The position numbers were made by a program, and so were the translations under genes. The notes under the pieces are model-generated. The model did no database searches. It was given only the letters and a program-made list of their open reading frames with translations, and was not told the origin of the DNA. This document shows positions 36,425 to 49,035 of a DNA stretch of 60,000 nucleotides, piece after piece. The stretch comes from Mobula hypostoma. Taxonomy: Eukaryota. Numbering within the stretch: position 1 is the stretch's first letter; every line of letters starts with the position of its first letter. The stretch spans positions 98,830,001-98,890,000 of the forward strand of contig NC_086107.1 of NCBI RefSeq assembly GCF_963921235.1, in the 5' to 3' direction.

Positions 36425-37320
36425 CTCAAGCACCCATCCCCACACACCAATTCTCACCCTCACCCCCCACACACCCATCCTCACCCCCCACACACACCAA
36501 TCGTCATCCACCCCCACCCTCACCCCAACCCTCACCCTCACCCCTACCCCCCACCCCCACACCAATCTTCATCCGCCCCAACCCTCACACAGTTCACTCT
36601 CACTCATCCCCGCCCTCACACCAACCTTCACCCTCACCCCCCACACACCAACCCTCACCCACCCCCCACACCAATCCTCACCTGCCCCAACTTTCGTACC
36701 AACCCTCACACAGAATTCACTCTCACCCAACCCTCCCTCACACCAACCTTCACCCTCACCCCCCCACACCAATCCTCACCCAATCCCATCCTCACACCAA
36801 TCCTCACCCAACCCCTCCCTCACACCAACCTTTACCCTCAACCCACCTCACACCAATCCTCACCCAAACCCACCCTCACACCAATCCTCAGCCAACCTCA
36901 CCCTCACTCCAATCCTCACCCAACCCCACCCTCACTCCAATCCTCACCCAACCCTCACCCTCACACCAATCCTCAGCCAACCCCACCCTCACCCCAATCC
37001 TCACCCAACCCTCACCCTCACACCAATCCTCAGCCAACCCCACTCTCACACCAATTCTCATCCAAGTCTCAATCAATCTCATCATCCCCCAGGCCCACTT
37101 TCATCCCCACCCTCCCCGACATCCACCATCAACCCACACCCAACCACACTTCCCTTCACCAACCCCCGATACTCATCCTCTCCTTCCCTACCACCCATAC
37201 CCTTGCATCCAGCCTCAACCCCACTCGGCTCCTATCCTCACCTCACCCAAGCTCACATCCCTCTCCAGCCTTACCCCCTCCCTCATTCCCAGCACCCCTA
37301 CTCTGTCACCCCACCCCCAG
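36425..37320. repeat. C/A-rich degenerate repeat (CCCTCA / CCAATCCTCA units), intronic
   Basis: Directly visible, almost G-free + strand tract. Confidence 0.9.
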
Positions 37321-37869
37321 AGAGAAACGACTGGAGAGCTGGTGCAAAGTGATGCTGGAATGCTCCCTGCCGTGAGGTTACGCAGAGACACGAGGAATTC
37401 CGGAAAGGTCTCTGTGGAGCAGGAAAGGGGAAGAGTGTCCAAAATCCTGAAAGTCTTGTTAATGTCAGTAATGGTGGTGGTTCCAGTGACTGTAGTGTCA
37501 GTAACCAGACCGATACATGTTTGAGATACTTAAAATACGCTTCTAAACCTTCTCACTGCCACGCGAACCCTCTGACGTGATGAAATTGCGCTGATCTAAA
37601 CGTTGACTATTTTCCTCTCCCTGACCCACTCTGTACTGCAGCCATTTCCCATTTGATTGGGAGACTGAGGTCTCTTTAAACCACCCCTCACCCCACTCCG
37701 AAGTGTATCCACAGACGTTCACCGCAGAGAAGTGACCAATTAAGCCTGGATTCTCAGTTCCCCATTAAGTCCCGGTGGATTGGTCAAAGTGTCAGACTTG
37801 CTGAAGGTTCCCAGTGGGCCGGGAGACGGTGTTTGGGCTGTGAGGTGACTCCTCTGATCTCTGTCCCAG

Positions 37870-38013
37870 GGCCCCTCTGCAGTATCACGGTGAACCGATT
37901 CGGCTGCCGGCCGGTGATGCTGGTGGGCGGTTTACTGGCCTCGTCTGGAATGATCATCGCCTCCTTCTCCATCAACATCACACAGCTCTACCTGTCGGCG
38001 GGAGTGGTTACAG
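37870..38013 (+). CDS. SLC16A8: Monocarboxylate transporter 3, coding exon 2
   Basis: cccag|GG acceptor; '[34 protein letters not shown]...AGVVT'; donor AG|GTGGGT at 38014; 144 nt. Confidence 0.95.
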
Positions 38014-38218
38014 GTGGGTGACAGCTGAACCCAGCCCAAAGAAATGCTGTTCGGTACTTGTCCCCACACACCACCAACTGACAGGAGGAATGGTCGCTCT
38101 GTGATAGCCACCCACCAAAGCTTGGATCATCCTCAAGGGTCCGTCCCAACCAGTCGGCAGCTGGTCGAGTTGAGATCAGAATTGGGGAGGGTCTATTCCA
38201 ACCAGTCGGCAACTGGTC

Positions 38219-38868
38219 GAGTGGAGAGAGTGAGCAATTTCAAGCTCCTGGCTGCCAATATCTCTGAGGATCTAACCTGGTCCCAACGTATCGATGCAGC
38301 TATAAAGTAGGCAAGGCAGTGGCTATATTTCATTAGGAGTTTGTGGAGATTTGGTACGTCACCAAAAACACTCGCAAATTTCTACAGATGTACTGTGGAG
38401 AGCATTCTGACTGGCTGAATCATCATCTGGTATGGGGAAAGAGGGCTACTGCACAGGATTGAAGTAAGCTGCAGACAGTTGTAAACTCAGTCAGCTCCAT
38501 CATGGGCACTGGCCTCCATTGTACCCAGGACATCTTCAAGGACCAGTGCCTCAGAAGGGTGGTGTCCATTATTAAGGACCCCCACCACCCTGGACATGCC
38601 GTCTTCTCATCAGGGAGGAGGTACAGAAGCCTGAAGGCACACACTCAACTGTTCAGGAAAAAGTTTCTTCCCCTCTGCCATCCGATTTCTAAATGGACAT
38701 TGAACCCATGAACACTACCTCACTACTTTTTTTATTTCTATTTCTATATTTATATTTTTATATATATATTTACTGCATTTCACTCTATCATTACGTATTG
38801 CATTGTACTGCTGCTGCAAATTTAACAGATTTCATGACTTATTCCAGGGATATTAAACCTGATTCTGA
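38219..38868 (+). mobile_element. Rex1/Babar-type LINE 3' fragment (intronic)
   Basis: 'VERVSNFKLL..ISEDLTWS', 'LANFYRCTVESIL', 'IIKDPHHPGH'; GATTCT tail. Confidence 0.8.
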
Positions 38869-39764
38869 ATGTGAACTTCCTGGGTAGAACTCCCTTCAAC
38901 ATTGTCACCACCTCTTGGCCCTCAGAAGGTGCTGCTGAACGTCACCCTTAACTCTGTTTCCAACCTGCCCTTCCCTCCGAGCTCCTGTACTGTTGCTTCC
39001 CAAGTCTTTTCCCCCCTTCCTCATAGCTCTAGTCTGATCATCACCATGTTCCTCTTCTCTTGGAAGTGCCTCTTCAAAGTCACAGTTGACAAAGCTTGTG
39101 AACATCCCAGCCCTAGAGCTGATGTATACCACCCCCCCCCCCCACTCCTCCAACAGCTCCAACAGGCAGTGTTTCACATCTCTAACCTGGCAAAACCACA
39201 CAGGGTGTTTTCCAAAGCTAATTGAACATAGAAGATGTCATAAGTACTGTCTATAGGTCAGAGTCAGGTCTCGAAGAAGGAAGCTGGGACCTTGGGCGGA
39301 AGACCAGAATGCAGCAGCGTGGACATCTCAGAGGGAGGTGAAGCTGGAGGTTACAGAGACAGTGAGGGCTGAGGCCAGTAAGGGGAGTGAAGACACTGGG
39401 CGGAAGTTTTAACAAGGGGCTTTGCTGCGTTTGGTCGTGGAGGCTGCTGGGGTGCTTGATGAGGGGAACTGGCATGTCTAGACCAAGACAGGTAATGCTG
39501 GGGCCTTCAGTGGGCAGAGGGGAGAGGCTGAGGGAAAGAGGGAGGTGTTTCCGGGTCACTCTCACAAGGCCGTGGGCATGTGGCTGCAAGTTCATCACAG
39601 GGGTCAAACACGCAGTTGGATCAGGGCAGGGCGAGGGAATGGAGTCCGGGATGCCTCTGAGCACAATTCTGACTCTCTGCTCTGGCCTCTCCTGCAGAGC
39701 AAGGTTCGGAGGGTGGAGGCGGGGGAGAATAGGTTCCAGGCCCATCTACAGCCACAGCCAAAGA

Positions 39765-40540
39765 GCACTAAACCAGAAACAGACTGTTCGGCCCATCTAG
39801 TCTGTGCCAAACTATTATTCAGCCTAATTCCATCGACCTGCACCTGACCCATAGCTCTCCGTACCTCTCCCATCCATGTACCTATCCAAACTTCTCTTAG
39901 ACGTTGAAATCAAAATCACATCCACCACTTCCGCTGGCAGCTCGTTCCACACTCTCACCACCCTCTGAGTGAAGAAGTTTGCTCTCATGTTCCCCTTAAA
40001 CATTTCACTCTTAACCCATGACCTCTCATTCTAGTCTCACCAAACCTCAGGGGAAAAAGAACTTGCACTTACTCTGTCTATGCCCTTCATAATTTTGTGT
40101 ACCTCTTTCAAATCTCCTCTCTTTCTCCTGTGCTCCAGGGAATAAAGTCCGAACCTTTTCACTCTTGCCCATAATTCAGGTCCTCAAGTCCTGGCAACAT
40201 CCTCTTAAATTTTCCCTGCACTCTTTCAATCTTGCTAACATCTTTCCTGCTGGTAGGAGACTAGAACTGCACACAGTATTCCAAATTAGGCCCCACCAAT
40301 GTCTTATACAACTTCAACCTAACATCCCATCTCCTGTACTCAGTACTTTGATTTATGAAGGCCAACATGCCAAAAGCTCTTTACGACCCTGTCCACCTGT
40401 GACGCCACTTTAAAGAAATTATGGATCCTTAAGCCCCACCATTCACTGTGTAAGTCCTACCCTGGTTTAACCCCCCAAAGTGCAACACCTCACACTTGGC
40501 TGCATTAAGTTCCATCTGCCATTTTTTCAGCCCATTTTCC
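39765..40540 (-). mobile_element. CR1 LINE 3' fragment (intronic)
   Basis: 'WQMELNAAKCEVLHFG' and downstream CR1 C-terminal sequence. Confidence 0.8.
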
Positions 40541-41207
40541 ATAGAATCTCTGTTTCCTCCTCCACCCCTGTACAAATACAGACACACACACACCCCTCTG
40601 AGACAAGGCACTCTGGCAAAAGAGAAAAGCCCCCATTTAATGGCAAGTCCCCAATGAGGGGCAGAGGGAGGGAGGAATAAGGAGACGGCAAGGAGAGAGA
40701 AACAGCAATTTCATTTCCCTCCCCACTCCCACATCAGCCTGTCTGTCCACAGCCAGGGTGAGGCAAAATGCAGGCTAGAGAAACACCACCTCATATTCCG
40801 CCTGGGTAGTCAGCAACCCAACGGCATGAAACACCGAATTCTCCAATTTCTGGTCAACCACTCCCCCCTGTGTCCCTTCCTCTCTCCCTCTGATCCATCC
40901 AGGTTCTCCCAAACCCCAACCCCACCCAGTCTCCCATCTCTCTGGTTTTATTCCCCTTCCCTACCCAGTCTCATCTGCCCCTCAGCCCTCCCCTACCAGT
41001 CACTCACCAACCTCTGTCTCCCAACTTCACCCCTCCCCCCCTTCCACCTGCTCCTCGTTCCCCTTCTCACCGGGATCCACCTGTCACCTGCCAGATCCTG
41101 GCTCAACCCTCCCCTCCCCTGGCCATCAGCCCTCCAACACCCTCAGTCCCGGCGCAGAACCTCAAACCCGAACATCAGGCATGCCTCCACCTCCCGATGC
41201 TGCCTGA

Positions 41208-41600
41208 CCCGGCTCCGTCAGTCTGGGTGTCACCCCCGGTTCCGACGTCAGTCTGGGTGTCGTCCCTGGTTCCTCCGTCAGTCTGGGTGTCGTGCCCGGT
41301 TCCATCAGTCTGGGTGTCGTGCCCGGTTCCTCCCTCAGTCTGGGTGTCGTGCCCGGTTCCATCAGTCTGGGTGTCGTGCCCGGTTCCTCCCTCAGTCTGG
41401 GTGTCGTGCCCGGTTCCATCAGTCTGGGTGTCGTGCCCGGTTCCTCCGTCAGTCTGGGTGTCGTGCCCGGTTCCTCCCTCAGTCTGGGTGTCGTGCCCGG
41501 TTCCTCCGTCAGTCTGGGTGTCGTCCCCGGTTCCGACATCAGTCTGGGTGTCGTCCCCGGTTCCTCCGTCAGTCTGGGTGTCGTCCCCGGTTCCGACGTC
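41208..41600. repeat. Minisatellite, 27/30-bp unit TCAGTCTGGGTGTCGTSCCCGGTTCC(TCC)N, about 13 copies, inside a Penelope remnant (40755-41745)
   Basis: Directly visible; flanks resemble the Penelope tail (GATGCTGCCTGACC... / CTGCAGTC...). Confidence 0.92.
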
Positions 41601-42659
41601 TGCAGTCCCCTGTGTCTGGGATGACTTGAGGAGAGTTGGATGCTCGCGGGCACAGATGCAGGGCTTCAACCCGAGATGCCCACGCGTCCTCCTCACACCC
41701 TCCCCCACAGGCGCTGCTCGACCTGCTGAGTTCCTCCAGCTCCACAATCTGATTTATTACCTGGGCCACATGTCGTTCTGCATCAGCAGTAAAATGTAAA
41801 GGAATAACATGAGAAATAAGCGGTGCCACAAAAAAGGAGAAATGAGCACGTGTTTCATGGGTTCATATCTGACAGTGGAGGGGAAGAAGTTGTTTCCGAA
41901 TCTTCAGGCTCCTGTACCTGCTCCCCAGTGGTAGTAATGAGAAGAGGGCATGTCCCGGAGGGTGGGGGATCTTAGTGATGGACATCCTCGAGGGTGGGGA
42001 GGGTTTTGTCTGCGATGGAGCTGGCTCTGCCGCCTTCTACGGTCTCTAGCGATCCCGTGCGTCGGAGCCTCCACAGCAGGCGGGGGTGCAGCCAGGACGA
42101 TCTCCACAGGACGTCGGCAGAAATTTGCAAGATTGTGGTGACATACCAAACCGCTTCAGACTTCTGACAAGTGGAGCTGCTGCGGTGCGTCGTTCGCGAC
42201 TGCATTAACGTGTCCGGGATTGCAACAGTCTGCGAAGGTTCGAAGAGCGCCTGTAGCCGATGTGTGTGCGTGGGGATGTCTTGGTTCTTGGTCCTCCAAA
42301 ATATTCCGCGTGGAGTTTAAACTGGAGGTGGCGGAGGGTGGGGTTAAGAAGGAGATTTTTGAAGAAAAAAAGCTGCCTTAGATTTAATTGGGTTTGGTTG
42401 TGTGACTGTGTTAGGATTAAGATTATTCCACGTTTTAATTGTGCAGGGAGGAAAAATGAATTGCTGTACACATCTGACTTGGTAGTTAGTATTTCAAATT
42501 GAATTGAGTGCCCTCGTTTGCTCCTAATAGGTTTGGGTTAGATGCGGGATTGGTAGTCGATGTCGAGCTGGCATTTTGTAAAAACAGGTCAGGCGGTGTG
42601 CCTCACGTCTGTGAAGAGGCGTTGGTTTATGGTGATAACCTTTCCTTTGCCCCCTCCAG

Positions 42660-43478
42660 GTCTGGGCCTGGCCCTGAACTTCCAGCCCTCCCTCATCATG
42701 CTGGGCAGGTACTTCGACAAGCGGAGGCCGCTGGCCAACGGGCTGGCGGCGGCGGGCAGCCCGGTCTTCCTGAGCGCTCTGTCCCCCGTCGGCCAGCTGC
42801 TGCAGGACACCTACGGCTGGAGGGGCGCCTTCCTCATCATGGGCGGCCTGCTGCTCAACTGCTGCATGTGCGGCGCCGTCATGAGGCCGCTGGAGAGCCT
42901 GAAGGCGCGGCGCGACGGCGGGCCCGAGACCAGGGAGATGCTGCCGCAAGACCAGGCTGAGCAGGCGGGGGCCCGGAAAGGAAGGGGCAAGCAGGGCCGC
43001 AAGCTGCTGGATTTCAGCGTGTTTCGGGACCGCGGCTTCCTCTTCTACGCGGTGGCCAAGTTCACCCTGGTGTTGGGCCTCTTTGTGCCGCCCATCATGA
43101 TCGTCAACTACGCCAAGGACATGGGGGTGGCAGACACAGACGCCGCCTTCCTGCTGTCCATCATCGGCTTCATCGACATCTTCGCCCGGCCGCTGAGCGG
43201 GCTGCTGGCCGGCCTGCCCCTGCTCCGGCCCCGCATCGCCTACTTCTTCGGCTTCTCCATGCTCTGCAACGGGCTGACGGACGTGCTGAGCGCCAGGGCG
43301 GCCACCTACACCGGCCTGGTCACCTTCTGCATCTTCTTCGGCGTCTCCTACGGCATGGTGGGCGCCCTGCAGTTCGAGGTGCTGATGGCCATCGTGGGCT
43401 CCCACAACTTCCCCAGCGCCATCGGCCTGCTGCTGCTGATCGAGGCCATCGCCGTGCTGATCGGGCCCCCATCCGCAG
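42660..43478 (+). CDS. SLC16A8: Monocarboxylate transporter 3, coding exon 3
   Basis: ctccag|GT acceptor; '[43 protein letters not shown]...GFIDIFARP...[12 protein letters not shown]...IGPPSA'; donor AG|GTCAGT at 43479; 819 nt; TM8 Asp/Arg pair conserved. Confidence 0.97.
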
Positions 43479-43739
43479 GTCAGTGACGCGCACCCCGCTC
43501 AGCGGCACACCAGCACCTCGGCCAGCAGTGCCCAGACACCGCTGTCCAGAGATACCCCTGACCCCACAGGCAACCAACACCCATGAAAAGTGAATGCTCA
43601 GAGACACGACACCCCAGATAGACGCCATCATCCCAGATAGTAAACACCCAGAGACACCCCACTGATCTAGAGACACCTGAGTGACCCAATATCACCCTAG
43701 TCAATGACCAGAGACCACACAATCTCGCCAACACTCCAC

Positions 43740-46700
43740 AACCGGTTGCACTTGAATCCGAGGGGGACCAATATTCTTGTGGGCAGATTTAATAGAACTG
43801 TTGGGAGTGGTTTAAACTAATACGGCAGGGAGGTGGGAACCAGGACGATAGAGCTGAGGATGAGCCGGCAGGTTTACAGGTAGAAGATGGGAGTAACATG
43901 AATGTAAGGAAGGACAAGCCAATGATTGGGTACAAGTGCAAACAGAGCAAGGAGTTAAATTGTACCGCAGAGGCAAAATTCAAAAGGGCAAAGAAAACAA
44001 GACTAAAAGTGCTGTATTTAAATGCATTTAGCATTCGGAATAAGGTGGACGAACTCATGGCACAATTAGAAATTGGTCAGTGTGACATTGTGGGCATCAC
44101 TGAGTCATGGCTGAAAGAAGGCCATAGCTGGGAGCTTAACATCAAAGGATATATTTTGTATCAAAAGGACAGGCAGGAAAACACAGGCAGTGGTGTGGCT
44201 CTGTTGCTAAGAGATGGAATTACATCTTTAGAAAGAGGTGACACTGGGTCAGAGAATGTTGAATCTTTGCGGGTGGAGTTAAGAAATTGCAAGGGTTAAA
44301 AAAAGCACAATGGGAATGATATATAGGCCTCCTAGTAGAAACCAAGATGTGGGGTTGAGATTGCAAAGGGAGCTGGAAAGGACATGTGATAGGGGTAATG
44401 ACACAATTATAATGGGGGACTTCAGTATGCAAGGGCATTGGGAAAATCAGGTTGATGTCAGATCGCACGAGAGGGAATTTGTTTAATGCCTGCAAGATGG
44501 CTTTTTAGAGCAGGTTGTGCTTGAACCTACTTGGGGAAAGGCTAACTTAGACTGGGTGTTGTGTAATAACCCAGATCTTATTAGGGAGCTTAATGTAAAG
44601 GAACCCTTATGAGGCAGTGATCATAATATGATTGAATTCATACTGCAATTTGAGAGGGAGAAGCATAAGTCACATGTATCAGTATTGCAATGGAATAAAG
44701 AGAATTAGAGAGGCCTGAGAGAGGAGCTTGCCCAGGTGGATTGGAGAGGATACCGGCGGGGATGAAGTTTTTGGGAATAGTTCACAATGCACAGGATCGA
44801 TATGTCCCACTGAAGAAGTTGTTCTAAAATATCAGGTGAAGGCAGCTGTGGCTGACAAGGGAAGTTAAGGACTGCATAAAAGCCACGGAAATGGCATAAA
44901 TGGTAGAAAAAGTGAGTGGGGAGTTGGATGATTGGAAAGCTTCTAAAATCCAACAAAAGGCAACTAAAAAAGCTATAAGAAGGGAAAAAGATGAAATATG
45001 AGGGCAGACTAGCCAATAATATAAAGCAGGATACCAAAATTTTTTCAGTTGTAGAAAGAATAGAAGGGAGGTGAGAGTTGATATTGGTCCACTGGAAAAT
45101 GATGCTGGTGAGTTAGTAATGGGGGACAAAGAAATGGCAGATGAACGTAATGGGTACTTTGCATTTGTCTTCACTGTGGAAGACACTAGCAGCATGAATG
45201 TCAGGGAGCAGGAGCGAGTGCCATTGCTATTACAAAGGAAAAATTTCGAGGCAAACTTAAAGGTCTTAAGGTGGATAAGTCACCTACACCAGATAGACTA
45301 CATCTCAGGGTCCTGAGAGAGGTTGCTGAAGAGATAACAGATGCATTGGTCATGATCTTTCAAGAATCACTTGATTCTGGCATGATCCTGGAGAACTGGA
45401 CGATTGCAAATATCACACCACTCTAAGAAGGGAGGAAGGCAAAAGAAAGGAAATTATAGGCTAGTTAGCCTAACCTCAGTGGTTGGAGTCTATTATTAAG
45501 GATGAGGTTTCAAGGTACTTGAAGACTAATGATAAAATAAGTCAAAGTCAGTATGGTTTCATAGAAACATAGAAAATAGGTGCAGGAGTAGGCCATTCGG
45601 CCCTTCGAGCCCGCACCGCCATTTATTATGCCTGACAAATCTGTTAAAGTTCTTCGAGGATGTAAGAAACAGGGTGGACAAAAGAGAGGCAGTGGATGTC
45701 ATTTACTTGGATTTTCAGAAGGCATTTGATAAGGTGCCACACAAGATAAAATCCTATGACATTACAGGAAATATACTGGCATGGATAGTGGAATGAGTGA
45801 CAGGGAGGAGGCAGTGAGTGGGAATAAAGGGGGCATTTTCTGTTTGAATGCCGGTGACTAGTGCTGTTCCTCAGGGGTCAGTACTGGGACCACTACTTTT
45901 CACATTGTTTGTCAATGATTTAGATAATGGAATTGATGGCTTTGTGGTAAAGCTTGCGGATGATACGAAGATAGGTGGAGGGGTAGATAGTGCTGAGGAA
46001 GCAACGCGATTGCTGCAGGACTTAAGACAAATTGGAAGACTGGGCAAAAAAGTGGCAGATGGAATACAGTGTTGGAAAATGTATGATAATGCACTTTGGT
46101 AAAAGGAACAATAGTACAGACTATTATCTAAATGGGGAGAAGGTTCAAACATCAGAGGTGCAGAGGGACTTAGGAGTCCTCATGTAAACTCCCAGAAGGT
46201 TAATTTACAGGTTGACTCTGTGGTAAAAAAGGCAAATGCAACTTTGGCATTTATTTCAAGGGAAATAGAATCTAAAAGCGAGGCAATAATGCTGAGCCTT
46301 TCTAAGACACTCGTCAGGCTGCACTTACAGTATTGTCAACAGTTTTGGGCCCCTTATCTCAGAAAGGATGTGTTATCATTGGAGAGAGTCCAGAGGAGGT
46401 TCACGAGGATGATTCCAGGAATGAAGGGGTTAACATATGAGGAGCATTTGGCAGCTTTGGGCCTGTACTCACTGGAATTTAGACAAATACAGGGGGATCT
46501 CATTGAAACCTACTGAATGTTGAAAGGACTAGATGAGGTGGGTGCGGAGAGGATGTTTCCTATGGAGGGGGTGTCCAGAACTAGAGGGCACAGCCTCAAA
46601 ACTGAGGGGCGACACTTTAGAACAGAGGTAAGGAGGAATTTTTTCAGCCACAGAGTAGTGAATCTGTGGAATGCTCTGCCACAGACTGTGGTGGAAGCCA

Positions 46701-46885
46701 AGTCTGTGGGTATATATATTTAAGGCTGAAGTTGACAGTTTCCTGATCGGTCAGGTCAAAGGATATGGTGAGAAGGCAGGTGTATAGGGTTAAGTGATAT
46801 CCGGAATCAGCCATGATGGAATGGTGGAGCAGACTCGATGGGCTGAATGGCCTAATTCTGCTCCTATGTCTTATGGTCTTATGGA
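43740..46885 (+). mobile_element. Long decayed CR1 LINE in the last SLC16A8 intron
   Basis: APE 'LYLNAFSIRNKVDEL...IVGITESWL', RT 'VPQGSVLGP...ADDTK', C-terminal 'TRGHSL'; (TCTTATGG)n tail; many stops. Contains a short inverted CR1 3' end at about 45560-45630. Confidence 0.93.
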
Positions 46886-47039
46886 CCCACATGCACCAAC
46901 TTTTACTCTTTCAGTCCAGGTGATGGGTCTCGACCCGAAACGTCAACTGTCCATTTCCCTCCATAGACGCTGCCTGACCAGCTGAGTTGCTCCAGCAGTT
47001 TCTTTTTGCTCCAGATCCCATGATTGTACTCTCTCACAT

Positions 47040-47390
47040 CTCCAAGCACACAGTGCGCGCAAAGACACACAGACACTGACATCCACTGAGACACACACAC
47101 ACACACACACAGATGCACACATAGGCACATGCCCACACTGACACACATGTGCATAGATATGCACAACACTAACGTACACACGCTGGTGCACACAGATATG
47201 CAAATATTGATCTGCAGACACCAACACACACAGATACTGACACACACTTGTCTCCCACACACAAACACTGAGATGCAGATCACACACACACACACCAACA
47301 CACACAACTGACACACACACACACACACACACACACAGCCACATACATGTCAGACATTCACACATACATACAAACACGCACACACACAGC
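47040..47390. repeat. Degenerate (CA)n microsatellite
   Basis: Directly visible. Confidence 0.9.
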
Positions 47391-47541
47391 ACTATTAATG
47401 TGTTAACTGAGCCTGTTCCTGCTCGTCACCACAAGTCCGGTGCTGACTGAGCTGTGAGAGCTGAGCCTGAGGATCCCGGTGATTTTTGGCAGGAGGAGAA
47501 TGTTCTGTAAGTCCAGCTTCTCTGCTTGTCTCCCTGTGTAG

Positions 47542-47975
47542 GACGCCTGGTCGACACGTTCAAGAATTACGAGCTCGTCTTCTACATGGCGGGGACGGAA
47601 CTTATCCTCTCAGCCTTCATCCTGGTGGGAGCCTTTCGCTTCTGCCTCAAACAGGAGCCGCCCCGCGAGCAGGAGGGGATGGCGGAGGAGGAGGGGGAGG
47701 GGGTGGCTCTGGGGGAGGTGTCAGTGGGGGCAGAGGACGCAGGGAGAGAGGAGGGTAGCCCGCCAAGCGGAGGGTCCCGGGACCAGAGGTTAAACACAGT
47801 GAGGGAGAGCGAGAGGGAAGGCCACAATGAAGCCGTGGTGGAGGATAAAGCTGAGGCAGGACCCATAGAGGAACAGGAGGAGCAGAATTATGAGCAGTTA
47901 CACAGGGATGAGCAGCTTGAGAACAGCGAACCCCATCTCAATTACCCTGAGAACAGTGAACCCCGTCTCAATTAA
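47542..47975 (+). CDS. SLC16A8: Monocarboxylate transporter 3, last coding exon
   Basis: gtgtag|GA acceptor; 'GRLVDTFKNYELVFYMAGTE' resembles MCT3 (RLVD.LKNYE) rather than MCT4; acidic tail; stop TAA 47973-47975. Spliced CDS 220+144+819+434=1617 nt. Confidence 0.9.
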
Positions 47976-48081
47976 CCTGAGAACGGTGAATAACCCACTT
48001 CAATTACCCTGAGAACAGCGAACCCCGTCTCAATTAACCTGAGAACAGTGAATACCCTACTCAATTAGGCTGAGAATGGCA
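47919..48081 (+). repeat. About 30-bp tandem repeat GAGAACAGYGAACCCCRTCTCAATTAMCCT (about 5 copies) spanning the SLC16A8 stop codon
   Basis: Directly visible. Confidence 0.88.
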
Positions 48082-48159
48082 AACTCCTAATCTACCCTGG
48101 CTTGCCTCTCCTGTCACCTCATGTCACCTCTAAACTACAGCCTCAGCAGTCCTTTGTAA

Positions 48160-49035
48160 CCGTTCCCTGGTGAACACACAACATACCACACACTGCCCTG
48201 ATCGCTAGGCAACACCATTCACATCGTGGCTCACTAGGCAATACACAATTCTCATCCCTGCCCACTAGTCAACACACAATTCACACCCCTGCTCACTAGT
48301 CAATACATTACACACTATCCACTCTCGGCTCACTGGTGAACATATAACACATGGCACAATGCCCAGCTATGAACATACAAAAAGCTTCTCACTGTCCTGC
48401 TTGTTAATGGAGACATGACACACTATTCACTGCCCTGCTCACGAGTGATCACACACCACTCACTGGTGAATACGGAACACTTCACTCACTGCCTTACTCA
48501 CTAGGAAACATCACGGCTCAATGTCCCACTTACTAGTAAGCACATAGCACACTACTCACTTTCTGCTCGCTAGTGTATACACACACACACACCTCTCACT
48601 TCCTGCTCACTGGTGAACACACAACACACAATTCTCTGTGCCACTCACTGGTGAGCACGCAACACTCACTTTCTTGTTCACTAGTGTCCACACAAACACA
48701 CTGCTCACTGGAAAACACAACTCACTGTTGAACAGGTGGCACACTGCTTTCTGCCTTGCTCACTAGTAAAAAAAAGAAAACACACTGCTCACTGCCCTGG
48801 TCACTAGTGAGCACACAACACACCACTCACTGCCCTGGTTACGAGTGAACACACAACACACCTCTCTCTGCCAATTTCACTAGTGAGCACATCACATCAC
48901 TCATTGCCCCACTCTTTAGAGAACACACACACACCATTCATTGCCTGCTCACTGGTGAATACACAACACACCACTCACTGCCCTGATCACTAGTGAGCAC
49001 AGAACACATCACTCACTGCCCTGCTCACTGACATA
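48160..49035. repeat. Degenerate about 40-bp repeat (CACTGCCCTGCTCACTAGTGARCACACAACA) downstream of the SLC16A8 stop
   Basis: Recurrent CTCACTRGTGA core throughout the tract. Confidence 0.8.

Noticed and set aside
36079..37524. 481-aa ORF as an MCT-proline-rich fusion
   Set aside because: Read-through past the splice donor at 36401 into a G-poor intronic repeat.
41162..41799. Mucin-like repetitive ORFs on both strands
   Set aside because: Intronic minisatellite with unit lengths divisible by 3; no splice or homology support.
42524..43405. 293-aa antisense ORF
   Set aside because: A shadow of the GC-rich SLC16A8 exon 3 codons on the opposite strand.
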